DNA of 64,000 nucleotides. Source: Bacteroidales bacterium (GTDB taxonomy: Bacteria; Bacteroidota; Bacteroidia; Bacteroidales; UBA3663). Under the pieces are notes generated by a model. That model worked only from the letters and a program-made list of their open reading frames with translations. It did not search any database and was not told where the DNA came from. The position numbers and the translations under genes are program-made. This document shows positions 52,846-62,951 of this stretch, in pieces (positions within the stretch are counted from its first letter, which is position 1; each line of letters starts with the position of its first letter). The DNA lies in NCBI GenBank assembly GCA_016293065.1, contig JAEDEY010000001.1, positions 7,156 to 71,155 of the forward strand. Reading direction: 5' to 3'.

Positions 52846-54090
52846 TATAGTGCAAAGTACTGCCAATCCAATGCCGAGTGGGTAGTAGAGATATTGGCAG
52901 ATAGACAATGGACTAAGCAATGCACCCGATGTTGCAGCCAGACCAGTTGCTGTGATGATTTGGGCACTATAAGGAATAAGTCCCTGCAGGCAGCAACTGG
53001 CAGTGTCGAGAATGCTGGCACTGCGACGTGGCGATATGCTGTAACGGGTGGCTATGTCTTTGGCAATAGGCCCTGTGGTGATAATCGAGACTGTATTGTT
53101 GGCAGTGCATATTACGACTAATCCGACGAGTGTGGCTATTGACATTTCTGCACCACGCCGGCCAGAGATATTGCGTGTAAGCTTGTCTATAAGGAAGTCG
53201 ATGCCACCGTTGTGACGTATCATCTCGAGCATACCAGCAGCGAGGATAGCCATGACGATGAGATCGCCCATCGAGACGATGCCATTGCCCATGCTTCCCA
53301 TCCATTGGAACACATTGTAGCTGCCATCTATCATGCCAATGATGCCTGTAGAGACAATGCCGAGCAGGAGTACCATCATGACATTCAGGCCACAGATAGC
53401 AGTGAAGATGACGAGCATGTAGGGTATGATCTTCCACCAGAGCACCTCAGGAATTTCCTGAGTGATGTTGACATCACGTCCCAAACAATAATATACAATA
53501 ATCATGACCAATGCCACAGGCATGACTAATGCAAAGTTGGCCTTGAACTTATCGTTCATCTTGCAGCCCTGAGTCTGGGTGGCAGAGATGGTGGTGTCGC
53601 TGATGAACGACAGATTGTCGCCGAAGAAAGCTCCTCCTACGACAATGGCCACCATAAGAGGGAGCGTGATGTTGCTCTCCTGCGCTAAGCCCACTGCCAC
53701 TGGAGTGAGTGCTGCCACTGTGCCTACCGATGTGCCAATGGCGAGTGAGATGAAACAGGCTGCAAGGAAGATGCCTGGCATAATTAGAGAGGCAGGGAGA
53801 AGGTCGAGCGTGAGATTGACAGTAGCATCGACAGCACCCATGGCTTTGGCAGAAGCAGCAAAAGCGCCTGCAAGGACATATATCCAGACCATGAGTAATA
53901 CATTCTCGCTGCCTGCTCCACGAGAGAAGACTCTGACACGGTCGTCTATTTTGCCCTTAGTGATAGCAACGGCATATATGCCTGCGATGAGAAAGGCTAT
54001 GGTGACAGGCACTTTGTAGAAGTCGCCTGCGATGATGCTGACTCCGAGATAGAGGGCAAGAAACAGGAATAGTGGTGATAGAGCTTTCAT
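52825..54090 (-). CDS. NhaC-family Na+/H+ antiporter-like membrane transporter
   Basis: 421 aa from ATG 54090 ('MKALSPLFLFLALYLGV'), about 11-12 TM helices. The ORF-track N-terminal extension (to 54615) overlaps the divergent gene and lacks hydrophobic helices, so it is rejected. Confidence 0.6.
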   Translation of the reverse strand: MKALSPLFLFLALYLGVSIIAGDFYKVPVTIAFLIAGIYAVAITKGKIDDRVRVFSRGAGSENVLLMVWIYVLAGAFAASAKAMGAVDATVNLTLDLLPASLIMPGIFLAACFISLAIGTSVGTVAALTPVAVGLAQESNITLPLMVAIVVGGAFFGDNLSFISDTTISATQTQGCKMNDKFKANFALVMPVALVMIIVYYCLGRDVNITQEIPEVLWWKIIPYMLVIFTAICGLNVMMVLLLGIVSTGIIGMIDGSYNVFQWMGSMGNGIVSMGDLIVMAILAAGMLEMIRHNGGIDFLIDKLTRNISGRRGAEMSIATLVGLVVICTANNTVSIITTGPIAKDIATRYSISPRRSASILDTASCCLQGLIPYSAQIITATGLAATSGALLSPLSICQYLYYPLGIGLAVLCTILFRTNR

Positions 54091-54109
54091 TTTTGTTATT
54101 TTTATCGCG

Positions 54110-54117
54110 CAAAGATA
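54110..54117 (-). promoter_or_regulatory. -7 box TATCTTTG(CGCG) on the minus strand upstream of the NhaC-like gene
   Basis: The plus strand reads CGCGCAAAGATA, 20 nt upstream of ATG 54090. Confidence 0.55.
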
Positions 54118-54208
54118 AAGAAAAGTTTTTATACATTCGAAAAAAACGGCAGTCATCTTGCTCATTGGTTGAGAATTTTGAATATCTTCGCGCCAAATTT
54201 CAGACATA

Positions 54209-55171
54209 ATGAAAAAGTTGAAGAAGTTTTTTCGCGACTGGAAGCTGCCTATTTCGATGACTTTGGGTGTCATTGCGTATTTTGCGTTCAGGGCTCTGCC
54301 TTTGTCTGCCGAGGCAAGGCAATTCTCGTTTGTGGCTGTATCGAGGTGGATACAGCCAATATTGTTGTTCATGATGCTTTTCCTCTCGTTTATCAAGGTT
54401 AAACCCACAGAGCTGCGTCCACATCGCTGGCATCTACGTGTTCTCGGCGAACAGGCAATGTGGTTTGTGGTGTTCTCGGTTTTAGCAATGATGGCATCAA
54501 GTGAAGGATTGAAGGTGCTATGTGAGGGAGCGATGTTGGCGTTCATCTGTCCGACAGCCACTGCATCTGCCGTGATCACTGGCAAACTGGGAGGCTCCAC
54601 ATCGGGAGTCGTCACCTATCTCTTGCTTTGCAATCTAATGGTTTCGCTGCTTGCACCGGCTTTCCTCACACTTGTCGAGCCTCATGCAGAGTCGTCGTTT
54701 CTCACGTCGCTGTTTATGATCATGGGCAAGGTGTTCCCGTTGTTGCTAAGCCCGCTCATCATAGCATGGGTAGTGAGGTATCTGTTGCCAGAATTTCACC
54801 GCTGGCTGCTGAAGTTTCCAGACTTGGCATTCAACATCTGGTTTGTGTCACTTGCCCTAGCCATTACCGTGACTGTGCGAAGCATCATGCATAGTAATGT
54901 CTCATACTGGTATCTTGTCGGCTTAGCGATAGTGTCGTGTGTGTGCTGTCTTGTTCAGTTCTGGCGAGGAAGGAAGATAGGCGGAAAGTATGGCCACGAA
55001 TCGTCAGTGACGGCGGGACAAGCCTTCGGACAAAAAAACACGGTCTTCATCATTTGGTTGGGTCTCGTCTTCCTCAATCCTGTCACATCGGTAGTAGGCG
55101 GCTTCTATAGCGTATGGCACAACACAGTCAACAGCTGGCAGCTGTATAAAGTGCGAAAAAAAGACAGTTAA
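54209..55171 (+). CDS. Polytopic membrane transporter, possibly SBF-like (bile acid:sodium symporter superfamily)
   Basis: 320 aa with about 9-10 TM helices. 'FICPTATASAVITGKLGG' resembles SBF-like proteins as I recall them. The assignment is tentative. Confidence 0.4.
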   Translation: MKKLKKFFRDWKLPISMTLGVIAYFAFRALPLSAEARQFSFVAVSRWIQPILLFMMLFLSFIKVKPTELRPHRWHLRVLGEQAMWFVVFSVLAMMASSEGLKVLCEGAMLAFICPTATASAVITGKLGGSTSGVVTYLLLCNLMVSLLAPAFLTLVEPHAESSFLTSLFMIMGKVFPLLLSPLIIAWVVRYLLPEFHRWLLKFPDLAFNIWFVSLALAITVTVRSIMHSNVSYWYLVGLAIVSCVCCLVQFWRGRKIGGKYGHESSVTAGQAFGQKNTVFIIWLGLVFLNPVTSVVGGFYSVWHNTVNSWQLYKVRKKDS

Positions 55172-55236
55172 GGTCATTTTGCAATGATTTTGTTGTGATT
55201 TTTAACATAAAAATGTGAAACGACTGAATAATTTGC

Positions 55237-55244
55237 TATATTTG
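55237..55244 (+). promoter_or_regulatory. -7 box TATATTTG (followed by CGCC)
   Basis: TAnnTTTG match 23 nt upstream of ATG 55267. Confidence 0.55.
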
Positions 55245-55266
55245 CGCCATAAAAATACACGAAATT

Positions 55267-56577
55267 ATGCTTAGCAAAATCGAAAGCAACAAGATTCTGG
55301 CACTTCTTAAGAAAGAAGTAGTTCCTGCAATGGGCTGTACAGAACCTATGGCAGTGGCATTAGCTACAGCCAAGGCTACAGAATTATTGGGCGAAATACC
55401 CGACATGGTCATTGCTCACATCAGCGCCAACATCATTAAGAACGCTATGGGAGTGGGCATTCCTGGTTCTGAAGGCATGGTAGGACTGCCAGCAGCCATA
55501 GCCCTTGCGGTTTTGGCGGGCAAGTCGGAGTATAGCCTCGAAGTATTGAAAGACGTCAATCATGAAGATGTTGAGCGTGCCAAGGCATTTATCGAATCAC
55601 GCAAGTTCATGGTGATACAGGCACGCGATACGCAAGAGATCCTCTATGTTGAGATAGAGGCGCGCAAAGATGAAAAGAAATCGAAAGTCATCATTGCCCG
55701 CAACCATACCAATTTTGTGTATCTACAGAGTCCCAAAGCAATCCTGCTCGACAATCGTGACATGCTGAACAATACTGTCGCATCGGAGCATGAGACCTCG
55801 CTGACCATGGCAAAGGTGTATGAATTTGCCACTACCATGCCATTGGCTAACCTGCGCTTCATCCTGGATTCTGCCACTATGAACAAGAGTGTTTCACAAC
55901 TTGCTTTCAGTGGTGACTATGGACTCAATCTTGGTAAATCGCTGCTTGGCGGAGGCTTCGAACAACGAATGTTGGGCTACACAACGATGCCGAAGATCGT
56001 TATTTACACATGTGCGGCTTGTGACGTGAGGATGAGCGGTGCACAGGTGCCAGTGATGACTAATTCGGGAAGTGGCAACCAAGGCATAGCGGCAACGATA
56101 CCTGTGGTTGTCTTTGCCGAAGACACACAAGCCACAGAGTCTAAGCTGATACGTGCCCTCACACTTAGCCATCTCACTGTGATATACATCAAGCAGCTGC
56201 TCGGACGGTTGTCGGCACATTGCGGATGCGTCATTGCAGCCACAGGTTCAGCTTGCGGCATTACATACCTCATGGGTGGTGACTATAACCATGTGTGCTA
56301 TGCTATTAAGAATCAGATTGCGGCATTGACAGGAATGGTGTGCGATGGTGCTAAGCCAAGCTGTTCGCTCAAAATCAGCAGTGCCGTGAGTAGTGCATTC
56401 CAGGCAGCACTTCTTTCGATGGATAATATCTGTGTATCGTCGAACGACGGCATCATAGAGCAAGACGTTGATAAGAGCATTAGGAACCTTGCCGACATCG
56501 GACGCGATGCTATGCATGAGGTGGACAATATCGTCCTTAAAATCATGGTAAATAAAGATAATCCCAGTTGCGAATAA
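55267..56577 (+). CDS. UPF0597 / YhaM (CyuA)-family protein, serine dehydratase alpha-like (putative L-cysteine desulfidase)
   Basis: 436 aa. N-terminal 'VVPAMGCTEPMAVALA' and 'NSGSGNQG', with a Cys-rich C-terminal half ('HCGCVIAATGSACG', 'MVCDGAKPSCS'), typical of this family. Confidence 0.7.
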   Translation: MLSKIESNKILALLKKEVVPAMGCTEPMAVALATAKATELLGEIPDMVIAHISANIIKNAMGVGIPGSEGMVGLPAAIALAVLAGKSEYSLEVLKDVNHEDVERAKAFIESRKFMVIQARDTQEILYVEIEARKDEKKSKVIIARNHTNFVYLQSPKAILLDNRDMLNNTVASEHETSLTMAKVYEFATTMPLANLRFILDSATMNKSVSQLAFSGDYGLNLGKSLLGGGFEQRMLGYTTMPKIVIYTCAACDVRMSGAQVPVMTNSGSGNQGIAATIPVVVFAEDTQATESKLIRALTLSHLTVIYIKQLLGRLSAHCGCVIAATGSACGITYLMGGDYNHVCYAIKNQIAALTGMVCDGAKPSCSLKISSAVSSAFQAALLSMDNICVSSNDGIIEQDVDKSIRNLADIGRDAMHEVDNIVLKIMVNKDNPSCE

Positions 56578-56599
56578 ATATTATAATCTATACAGCTCA

Positions 56600-57286
56600 A
56601 TGATGTATGACCTTATGCTCGAGCTCCCTGTCTTTCAGGGATTGAGCTATGAACAGTTGACGACAATTATCGAGAAGGTACCTTTCCACTTCAAGAAATA
56701 CAAGTCGAACGATTATCTCATCCGCAATGGAGAACAATGTGACGAGATTGTATTTCTGTTGTCGGGAAGGGTGCGCGTATTGACACCTTCATTTAAAGAC
56801 TCGATAATCATTGCCGAGGACTTCGAAGCCCCACACACTATCAGCTTCTACAACCTTTTTGGACGTGACACTACGACCAGAAGCAGTATATATGCTCAGG
56901 GAGCCGTGGGAGTGATGTCGCTCAATAAAGAGAATTTCCTGCACATGATAAGCGACAACAAACTTATGCTCATCAACGTTCTCAATATCCTATCATCACA
57001 CGCCCAGAAGCAGCACATGGTACTCGATACGATGGGAATAGAGGAGCCTGAGTTGAGACTTGGGTCGTTCATAGTGGCATATACATCTCAACGTGCCAAG
57101 AACGTGATAATTGATGCTGAGCCAAGCGATTGGTGCAGCATGTTGCGACTGGAGCAGAAAGAACTTGCCGAAGCCATTCAGTCGTTGATCGACAAAGGCT
57201 TTGTAGAAAACCAAGAAGGCAAATTAAAATTGACAGATAGATATGGCTTACGAATGTATCTGAGCCACAATTTCGCCCAAAAATAA
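56600..57286 (+). CDS. Crp/Fnr family transcriptional regulator
   Basis: N-terminal cNMP-binding-like beta-roll ('LPVFQGLSYEQL...GEQCDEIVFLLSGRV') and a C-terminal HTH region. Confidence 0.7.
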   Translation: MMYDLMLELPVFQGLSYEQLTTIIEKVPFHFKKYKSNDYLIRNGEQCDEIVFLLSGRVRVLTPSFKDSIIIAEDFEAPHTISFYNLFGRDTTTRSSIYAQGAVGVMSLNKENFLHMISDNKLMLINVLNILSSHAQKQHMVLDTMGIEEPELRLGSFIVAYTSQRAKNVIIDAEPSDWCSMLRLEQKELAEAIQSLIDKGFVENQEGKLKLTDRYGLRMYLSHNFAQK

Positions 57287-57311
57287 TAATTTTGGGCTTT
57301 CTTGTTTTTTG
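57275..57311 (+). terminator. Rho-independent terminator
   Basis: Stem GCCCAAAA (57275-57282) / TTTTGGGC (57290-57297), with the stop codon in the loop, then TTTCTTGTTTTTTG. Confidence 0.75.
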
Positions 57312-57327
57312 AGTAATACAAATTTAT

Positions 57328-57335
57328 TATATTTG
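57328..57335 (+). promoter_or_regulatory. -7 box TATATTTG (followed by CGCGC) upstream of lysS
   Basis: TAnnTTTG match 93 nt upstream of ATG 57428. Confidence 0.55.
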
Positions 57336-57427
57336 CGCGCATTTGTATGACTATTGTTGCAATTTAGCGTCTTTGTAACAACATCATCATAAGCATTGAA
57401 AAAGTTAAAAAATAAAAACATACAGTT

Positions 57428-59188
57428 ATGAATTTTTTAGAATTGAGTGAGCAGGAGATCGTGCGTCGTAATTCGCTTGATGAACTACGCCGCATCGGCA
57501 TTGAGCCATATCCTGCTGCAGAGTACGTAGTGACAGGTTACTCAGACGATATCAAGGCTAACTTCGTGGATATCGCTGAGGGAGAAGATCCTGCAGTGGT
57601 GGGTCGTCAGGTGAGCATTGCCGGACGTATCATGAGCCGCCGCATCATGGGTAAAGCTGCCTTCATGGAGTTGCTGGATTCGAAGGGTCGTGTACAGGTT
57701 TATGTGTCGCGCGATGCTCTTTGTCCTGATCCTGAGAATACGGTGATGTACAATACAGTGTTCAAGAAGCTTCTCGATATCGGAGACTTTGTTGGTGTGA
57801 AGGGTTATGTGTTCCGCACGCAGACTGGTGAGATCAGTGTTCACTGTTCGGAGCTTACTGTCCTCTCAAAGTCAATCCGTCCGCTTCCTATCGTGAAATA
57901 CAAGGATGGCGTGGCATACGACGGCTTCAACGATCCTGAACTTCGTTATCGTCAGCGTTATCTTGACCTCATTGTAAACGATGGTGTAAAGGATGTATTC
58001 CTGAAGCGTGCCAAGATAGTAAGCACTATGCGCAAGGTCTTTGACGAGGCTGGCTTCACAGAGGTTGAGACGCCTATCCTCCAGCAGATTGCAGGTGGTG
58101 CAAGTGCTCGTCCGTTCATCACGCATCACAATGCTCTCGACGTTGACCTCTATCTCCGTATTGCTACTGAACTTTATCTCAAGCGACTCATAGTGGGTGG
58201 TTTCGAGGGCGTATATGAGATTGGCCGTAACTTCCGCAACGAAGGTATGGACCGTAGCCATAACCCTGAGTTCACCTGCATGGAGCTCTATGTATCATAT
58301 AAGGATTACAACTGGATGATGTCGTTCACCGAGCAACTGATCGAGAAGATCTGCATTGCAGTCAATGGCACAACAGAAGTCAAGATAGGCGACAATATCG
58401 TGAACTTCAAGGCTCCATATCGCCGACTTCCAATCCTCGATGCCATCAAGGAAAAGACCGGTTACGACCTGTCGGAGATGTGCGAGGACGAGATGCGTGA
58501 GGTGGCAAAGAAATGTGGAGTTGAGGTAGATGACACTATGGGCAAGGGCAAACTCATCGACGAGATCTTTGGCGAGACTTGCGAAGGCTCGTTCATACAG
58601 CCAACCTTCATCATCGACTATCCTGTCGAGATGTCGCCACTCACCAAGATGCACCGAAGCAAGCCTGGTCTCACCGAGCGTTTTGAACTCATGGTAAACG
58701 GTAAGGAACTTGCCAACGCTTATTCTGAACTTAACGACCCTATCGACCAATATAATCGCTTTGTAGAGCAGATGAAGCTTGCAGACAAGGGTGACGACGA
58801 AGCAATGATCATCGATCAGGATTTCGTGCGTGCCCTCGAATATGGTATGCCTCCAACATCAGGCATCGGCATCGGTATTGACCGACTCTGCATCCTCATG
58901 ACAGGTCAGCCAACGATACAGGAAGTGCTCCTCTTCCCAACTATGAAGCCAGAGAAGGTGGGTCCAAAGGACAAGGAAGACAAGTATGTGGCACTCGGCA
59001 TCCCAGCAGAGTGGGTGCCGGTGGTACAGAAGGCTGGATACAATACAGTAGAGAGTCTGCGTGGAGTGAAGCCAGGAAAACTCTTTCAGGAGCTACTTGA
59101 CATAAAGAAGAAATATCGTGACTATCTTGCTGACCTCCAGAATCCTACTCAGCAGGATGTTGCCGAATGGATAGAAATACTCGGATAA
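57428..59188 (+). CDS. lysS: Lysine--tRNA ligase (class II) with C-terminal extension
   Basis: OB anticodon-binding domain, motif 2 'EIGRNFRNEGMDRSHNPEFTCMELY' and motif 3 'GIGIGIDRL', plus about 80 extra C-terminal residues as is usual in Bacteroidetes. Confidence 0.95.
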   Translation: MNFLELSEQEIVRRNSLDELRRIGIEPYPAAEYVVTGYSDDIKANFVDIAEGEDPAVVGRQVSIAGRIMSRRIMGKAAFMELLDSKGRVQVYVSRDALCPDPENTVMYNTVFKKLLDIGDFVGVKGYVFRTQTGEISVHCSELTVLSKSIRPLPIVKYKDGVAYDGFNDPELRYRQRYLDLIVNDGVKDVFLKRAKIVSTMRKVFDEAGFTEVETPILQQIAGGASARPFITHHNALDVDLYLRIATELYLKRLIVGGFEGVYEIGRNFRNEGMDRSHNPEFTCMELYVSYKDYNWMMSFTEQLIEKICIAVNGTTEVKIGDNIVNFKAPYRRLPILDAIKEKTGYDLSEMCEDEMREVAKKCGVEVDDTMGKGKLIDEIFGETCEGSFIQPTFIIDYPVEMSPLTKMHRSKPGLTERFELMVNGKELANAYSELNDPIDQYNRFVEQMKLADKGDDEAMIIDQDFVRALEYGMPPTSGIGIGIDRLCILMTGQPTIQEVLLFPTMKPEKVGPKDKEDKYVALGIPAEWVPVVQKAGYNTVESLRGVKPGKLFQELLDIKKKYRDYLADLQNPTQQDVAEWIEILG

Positions 59189-59200
59189 TACAGTTTTGAT

Positions 59201-60199
59201 ATGATTATTCCAGGAAGAGTAGCCATACTCGGCAGCGGTAGTTGGGCTACAGCAGTGGCAAAGATAGTGCAGCAGAATGGTGCCGATATGTATTGGTACA
59301 TGCGAAATGCCGATCGAATTGAGCAGTTCAAGACTTTCGGACATAATCCTGCCTATCTGTCGAGTGTGCGTTTCGATGTGTCGCGTATCAATTTCACAAC
59401 CGACATCAACGAAGCTGTACGTCACAGCGACATGGTGATTTTTGCAATGCCTTCGCCATATCTGAAGATGCACGCCGAGAAGATCGAGGCATCGTTCAGG
59501 AACAAAGTAGTGATATCGGTCATCAAGGGTATTGTGGCCGATGATAACATCACTATAACGGAATATTTGAAGTCAAAGTTCAGACTTGAGGACTATCAGG
59601 TAGCGACACTCAGCGGACCAAGCCATGCCGAGGAGGTCGCATACGAACGACTGACCTATTTGACCGTGGGCTGCAAGGACGATGACATAGCTGAAGAACT
59701 TGCCGATTTTTTCGGAAACTACTATGTTCATACTACTACGTCTCAAGATATCATCGGTATCCAGTATGCAGGTGTACTGAAGAATATCTATGCCATTGCA
59801 TCAGGTATCATTGGTGGCTTGAAATATGGTGACAATTTCCATGCCGTATTGACAGCTAATGCCATCCGCGAGATGAACAATTTCATCAGCAAACTGGCAC
59901 CAATGCCTGATCGTCAGATTGTAGAATCGGTCTATACAGGAGACCTTTTGGTTACTTCTTATTCGAAGTTCAGCCGCAACCATCTGTTTGGTACCATGAT
60001 AGGCAAGGGCTATAGCGTAAAGACAGCGCAGCTTGAAATGGAGATGGTGGCAGAAGGCTATTACGGCACAAAATGTATCAAGGAGATCAACCAGAAATAT
60101 GGTGTCTCGATACCTATTGTTGATTGTGTGTATAACATTCTATATAAGCGCATGAGTCCGTTTGTCGAAATCAAGCTATTAAGCGATCTATTAAGATAA
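59201..60199 (+). CDS. gpsA: NAD(P)H-dependent glycerol-3-phosphate dehydrogenase
   Basis: Rossmann 'VAILGSGSWATAVA' and 'LSGPSHAEEV'. 332 aa. Confidence 0.9.
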   Translation: MIIPGRVAILGSGSWATAVAKIVQQNGADMYWYMRNADRIEQFKTFGHNPAYLSSVRFDVSRINFTTDINEAVRHSDMVIFAMPSPYLKMHAEKIEASFRNKVVISVIKGIVADDNITITEYLKSKFRLEDYQVATLSGPSHAEEVAYERLTYLTVGCKDDDIAEELADFFGNYYVHTTTSQDIIGIQYAGVLKNIYAIASGIIGGLKYGDNFHAVLTANAIREMNNFISKLAPMPDRQIVESVYTGDLLVTSYSKFSRNHLFGTMIGKGYSVKTAQLEMEMVAEGYYGTKCIKEINQKYGVSIPIVDCVYNILYKRMSPFVEIKLLSDLLR

Positions 60200-60220
60200 A
60201 ACCATAAACCCTCAAAAAAT

Positions 60221-61552
60221 ATGAAACTTTGTATTGAAAAAGCACAATGCTTTGTTCCTGCTGGCAGCTTTGCAGCTGTAGCAGCACAGACAGCTCCTTG
60301 TAACGAGCTCCTTGAGAGCGGCAAGGGCGCAGGTAACGATTTCCTTGGATGGGTTCACCTCCCATCAAGCATCACAGATGAGTTCCTCGCTGAAGTACAG
60401 GCAACTGCCGATCTTCTCCGTTCGAAGGCAGAGATCATAGTAGTGGCAGGTATCGGTGGTTCATATCTTGGTCCACGTGCCGTCAACGAGGCTCTCGACC
60501 ACACATTCGGTCTCAATGGCAACAACCCACGTGTAGTATATGCTGGAAATAATATCGGAGAGGACTATCTCGCTGACCTCATGGAGCTCCTCGATGGTAA
60601 GACATTCGCCATCATCAATATCTCTAAGTCTGGTACAACTACCGAGACTGCTCTCGCTTTCCGTCTTTTGAAGACTAAGCTCGAAGCTCAGGTAGGCAAG
60701 GAGGCTGCAAAGGATCTCATCGTGGCTGTTACCGACAAGGAGAAGGGTGCAGCTCGCAAGCTCGCAACCAAGGAAGGCTACAAGACGTTCGTCATTCCTG
60801 ACAATGTCGGCGGTCGCTTCTCTGTTCTTACTCCTGTAGGTCTCCTCGCTATCGCATGCGCTGGCCACGACATCAAGGCGCTGGTAAAGGGCGCTCAGGA
60901 TATGGAGAAGGTAACAGGTGTTGACGTTCCTTATGAACATAATCCTGCAGCACAGTATGCAGCAATTCGTAACGCACTCTATCAGTATGGCAAGAAGACT
61001 GAGATTCTTGTCAACTACCAGCCAAAGCTTCATTACATGATGGAGTGGTGGAAGCAGCTTTTCGGCGAGTCAGAGGGTAAGGATCACAAGGGTATTTATC
61101 CTGCTTCTGTAGATTTCACTACCGACCTTCACTCTATGGGTCAGTGGATTCAGGAAGGTGAGCGCACAATCTTCGAGACAGTAGTATCAGTAGAGAAGGC
61201 CAAAAAGACAGTACTCTTCCCATTCGATGAGGAGAACCTCGACGGACTCAACTTCCTCGCAGGTAAGCGTGTTGATGATGTTAATAAGATGGCAGAACTT
61301 GGCACACAACTTGCTCATGTCGATGGTGGAGTGCCAAACATCAAGATTACTATTCCAGTGCTCGATGAGTACAACCTCGGCCAGCTCATATATTTCTTTG
61401 AGCGTGCTTGCGGTATCTCAGGCTACATCCTTGGCGTTAATCCATTCAATCAGCCAGGTGTAGAGGCTTATAAGAAGAATATGTTTGCTCTTCTTGAGAA
61501 GCCAGGTTACGAAGAGGCAACCAAGGCTATCAAGGCTCGTCTGGCTGAATAA
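60221..61552 (+). CDS. pgi: Glucose-6-phosphate isomerase
   Basis: '[13 protein letters not shown]', '[11 protein letters not shown]' and '[10 protein letters not shown]'. 443 aa short-type PGI. Confidence 0.92.
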   Translation: MKLCIEKAQCFVPAGSFAAVAAQTAPCNELLESGKGAGNDFLGWVHLPSSITDEFLAEVQATADLLRSKAEIIVVAGIGGSYLGPRAVNEALDHTFGLNGNNPRVVYAGNNIGEDYLADLMELLDGKTFAIINISKSGTTTETALAFRLLKTKLEAQVGKEAAKDLIVAVTDKEKGAARKLATKEGYKTFVIPDNVGGRFSVLTPVGLLAIACAGHDIKALVKGAQDMEKVTGVDVPYEHNPAAQYAAIRNALYQYGKKTEILVNYQPKLHYMMEWWKQLFGESEGKDHKGIYPASVDFTTDLHSMGQWIQEGERTIFETVVSVEKAKKTVLFPFDEENLDGLNFLAGKRVDDVNKMAELGTQLAHVDGGVPNIKITIPVLDEYNLGQLIYFFERACGISGYILGVNPFNQPGVEAYKKNMFALLEKPGYEEATKAIKARLAE

Positions 61553-62262
61553 TGGTCAAAGCCTTTCTATTTGACATGGACGGCGTGCTCTTCGACAGCA
61601 TGAAGCATCACGCCGAAGCATGGTATAAGGTCATGGGTGAACGATATGGTTTCACCTGTGACCGTTCTGAATTCTATCTGTATGAAGGAAGCACAGGCGG
61701 ACAGACCATCGATGCTTTCTTCGTCGAGCAGAAAGGTCGTCATGCCACCGACGACGAGTGGCGGCAGATATATAAGGAGAAGTCTGATGTATTTGCTTCA
61801 TTTGGCGAGGCTTTGCCTATGGCGGGTGCAGCCGACGTGTTGCGCAAAGTAGGAGAGATGGGACTGACGCGAGTGCTCGTCACTGGCTCAGGTCAGGCAA
61901 GTCTAATAGGTCGTCTTGACAAAGCCTATCCAGGAGTCTTCGATGATGCGCACATGGTGACAGGCAACGATTGCCCCATAGGAAAAGGCAAGCCTCATCC
62001 GTATCCGTATCTCAAGGGCCTTGAAAAGGCTGGAAATATCAGCCCTGAAGAGGCTATTGTTGTGGAAAACGCACCGTTAGGCGTCAGAGCAGCCAAGACC
62101 GCTGGTATCTTTACTGTAGCAGTAAATACAGGTCCGCTCGACCCTCAAGTACTTAAAGATGCAGGAGCCGACATTGTCTTAGGTAGCATGTCTGAGCTTG
62201 CTGAGAAAGTTGTCGCGATAGCTTCCTCCCACAGGGATACTGACACCAGCCACGGTCACTGA
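61552..62262 (+). CDS. HAD-superfamily hydrolase (beta-phosphoglucomutase-like subfamily IA)
   Basis: Motif I 'FLFDMDGVLFDS', motif II 'VTGS', motif III 'GKGKPHP' and 'VENAPLGVRAAKTAG'. The start overlaps the pgi stop by 1 nt. The last ~28 codons overlap the convergent LytTR gene. Confidence 0.8.
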   Translation: MVKAFLFDMDGVLFDSMKHHAEAWYKVMGERYGFTCDRSEFYLYEGSTGGQTIDAFFVEQKGRHATDDEWRQIYKEKSDVFASFGEALPMAGAADVLRKVGEMGLTRVLVTGSGQASLIGRLDKAYPGVFDDAHMVTGNDCPIGKGKPHPYPYLKGLEKAGNISPEEAIVVENAPLGVRAAKTAGIFTVAVNTGPLDPQVLKDAGADIVLGSMSELAEKVVAIASSHRDTDTSHGH

Positions 62263-62940
62263 CATTGTTCCCACTTCAGAGATGTTATTAATCGACACTA
62301 TATAACTCTTATGTACGCGGGCGAATAGATCTGACGGTAACTGTTCTTCAAGACTCTTGAGCGAATAGAGAGCCGTGATGCGTTTGGTAGTTGTATAGAA
62401 AGAGACATATTCACGCTGACCTTCAATATATAGAAGGTCGGCGTAGTTTATTTTATACATCTTATAATCTGCTTTCACCATGATGTAGTCGCGTGTTTTC
62501 GGCTGGTCGGTCTTGTCTTCGCCCATATTTGCGTTGTCTGAGCCTCGCACGACAGAATCTTCATTGCCAGTTGCCAGTAAACCGTTGATTTTCATCTTTG
62601 CCTTGTCGATAGCCTTCTGGAAACGCGAAAAGGCGATAGGCTTCAGCAGATAATCGACAGCATCTGCCTCGAAACTTTCAAGAGCATGTTCGCTGTAGGC
62701 AGTTGTGAATATGATGGCAGGTACCGAAACACATGACTTGGCAAAATCCAGTCCGTTTAAGTCGGGCATGTGAATATCGAGCAGCAGTATATCCACCTTA
62801 TTTTCTTTCACCAAGCTGAATGCTTCGAAGGCATTGGCTGCAGTGCCCACCACATTCATGTCATCCATTTTCTCCAGATAGCTCAGCAGCAGTTTGCGAG
62901 CCAAGAATTCATCATCTACAATCAATACGTTGAATTTCAT
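62179..62940 (-). CDS. LytR/AlgR (LytTR) family response regulator
   Basis: Receiver domain ('VLIVDDEFLARK', 'LLLDIHMPDLNG') and C-terminal LytTR DNA-binding domain ('RVHKSYIVSINNI'). Confidence 0.9.
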   Translation of the reverse strand: MKFNVLIVDDEFLARKLLLSYLEKMDDMNVVGTAANAFEAFSLVKENKVDILLLDIHMPDLNGLDFAKSCVSVPAIIFTTAYSEHALESFEADAVDYLLKPIAFSRFQKAIDKAKMKINGLLATGNEDSVVRGSDNANMGEDKTDQPKTRDYIMVKADYKMYKINYADLLYIEGQREYVSFYTTTKRITALYSLKSLEEQLPSDLFARVHKSYIVSINNISEVGTMSVTVAGVSIPVGGSYRDNFLSKLRHAT

Positions 62941-62951
62941 AAGATTTTAAT

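Noticed and set aside
54091-54615. 175-codon N-terminal extension of the NhaC-like ORF
   Set aside because: It overlaps the divergent 54209 gene and the promoter box at 54110-54117. The translation is not hydrophobic and lacks transporter features. The internal ATG at 54090 begins a typical first TM helix.
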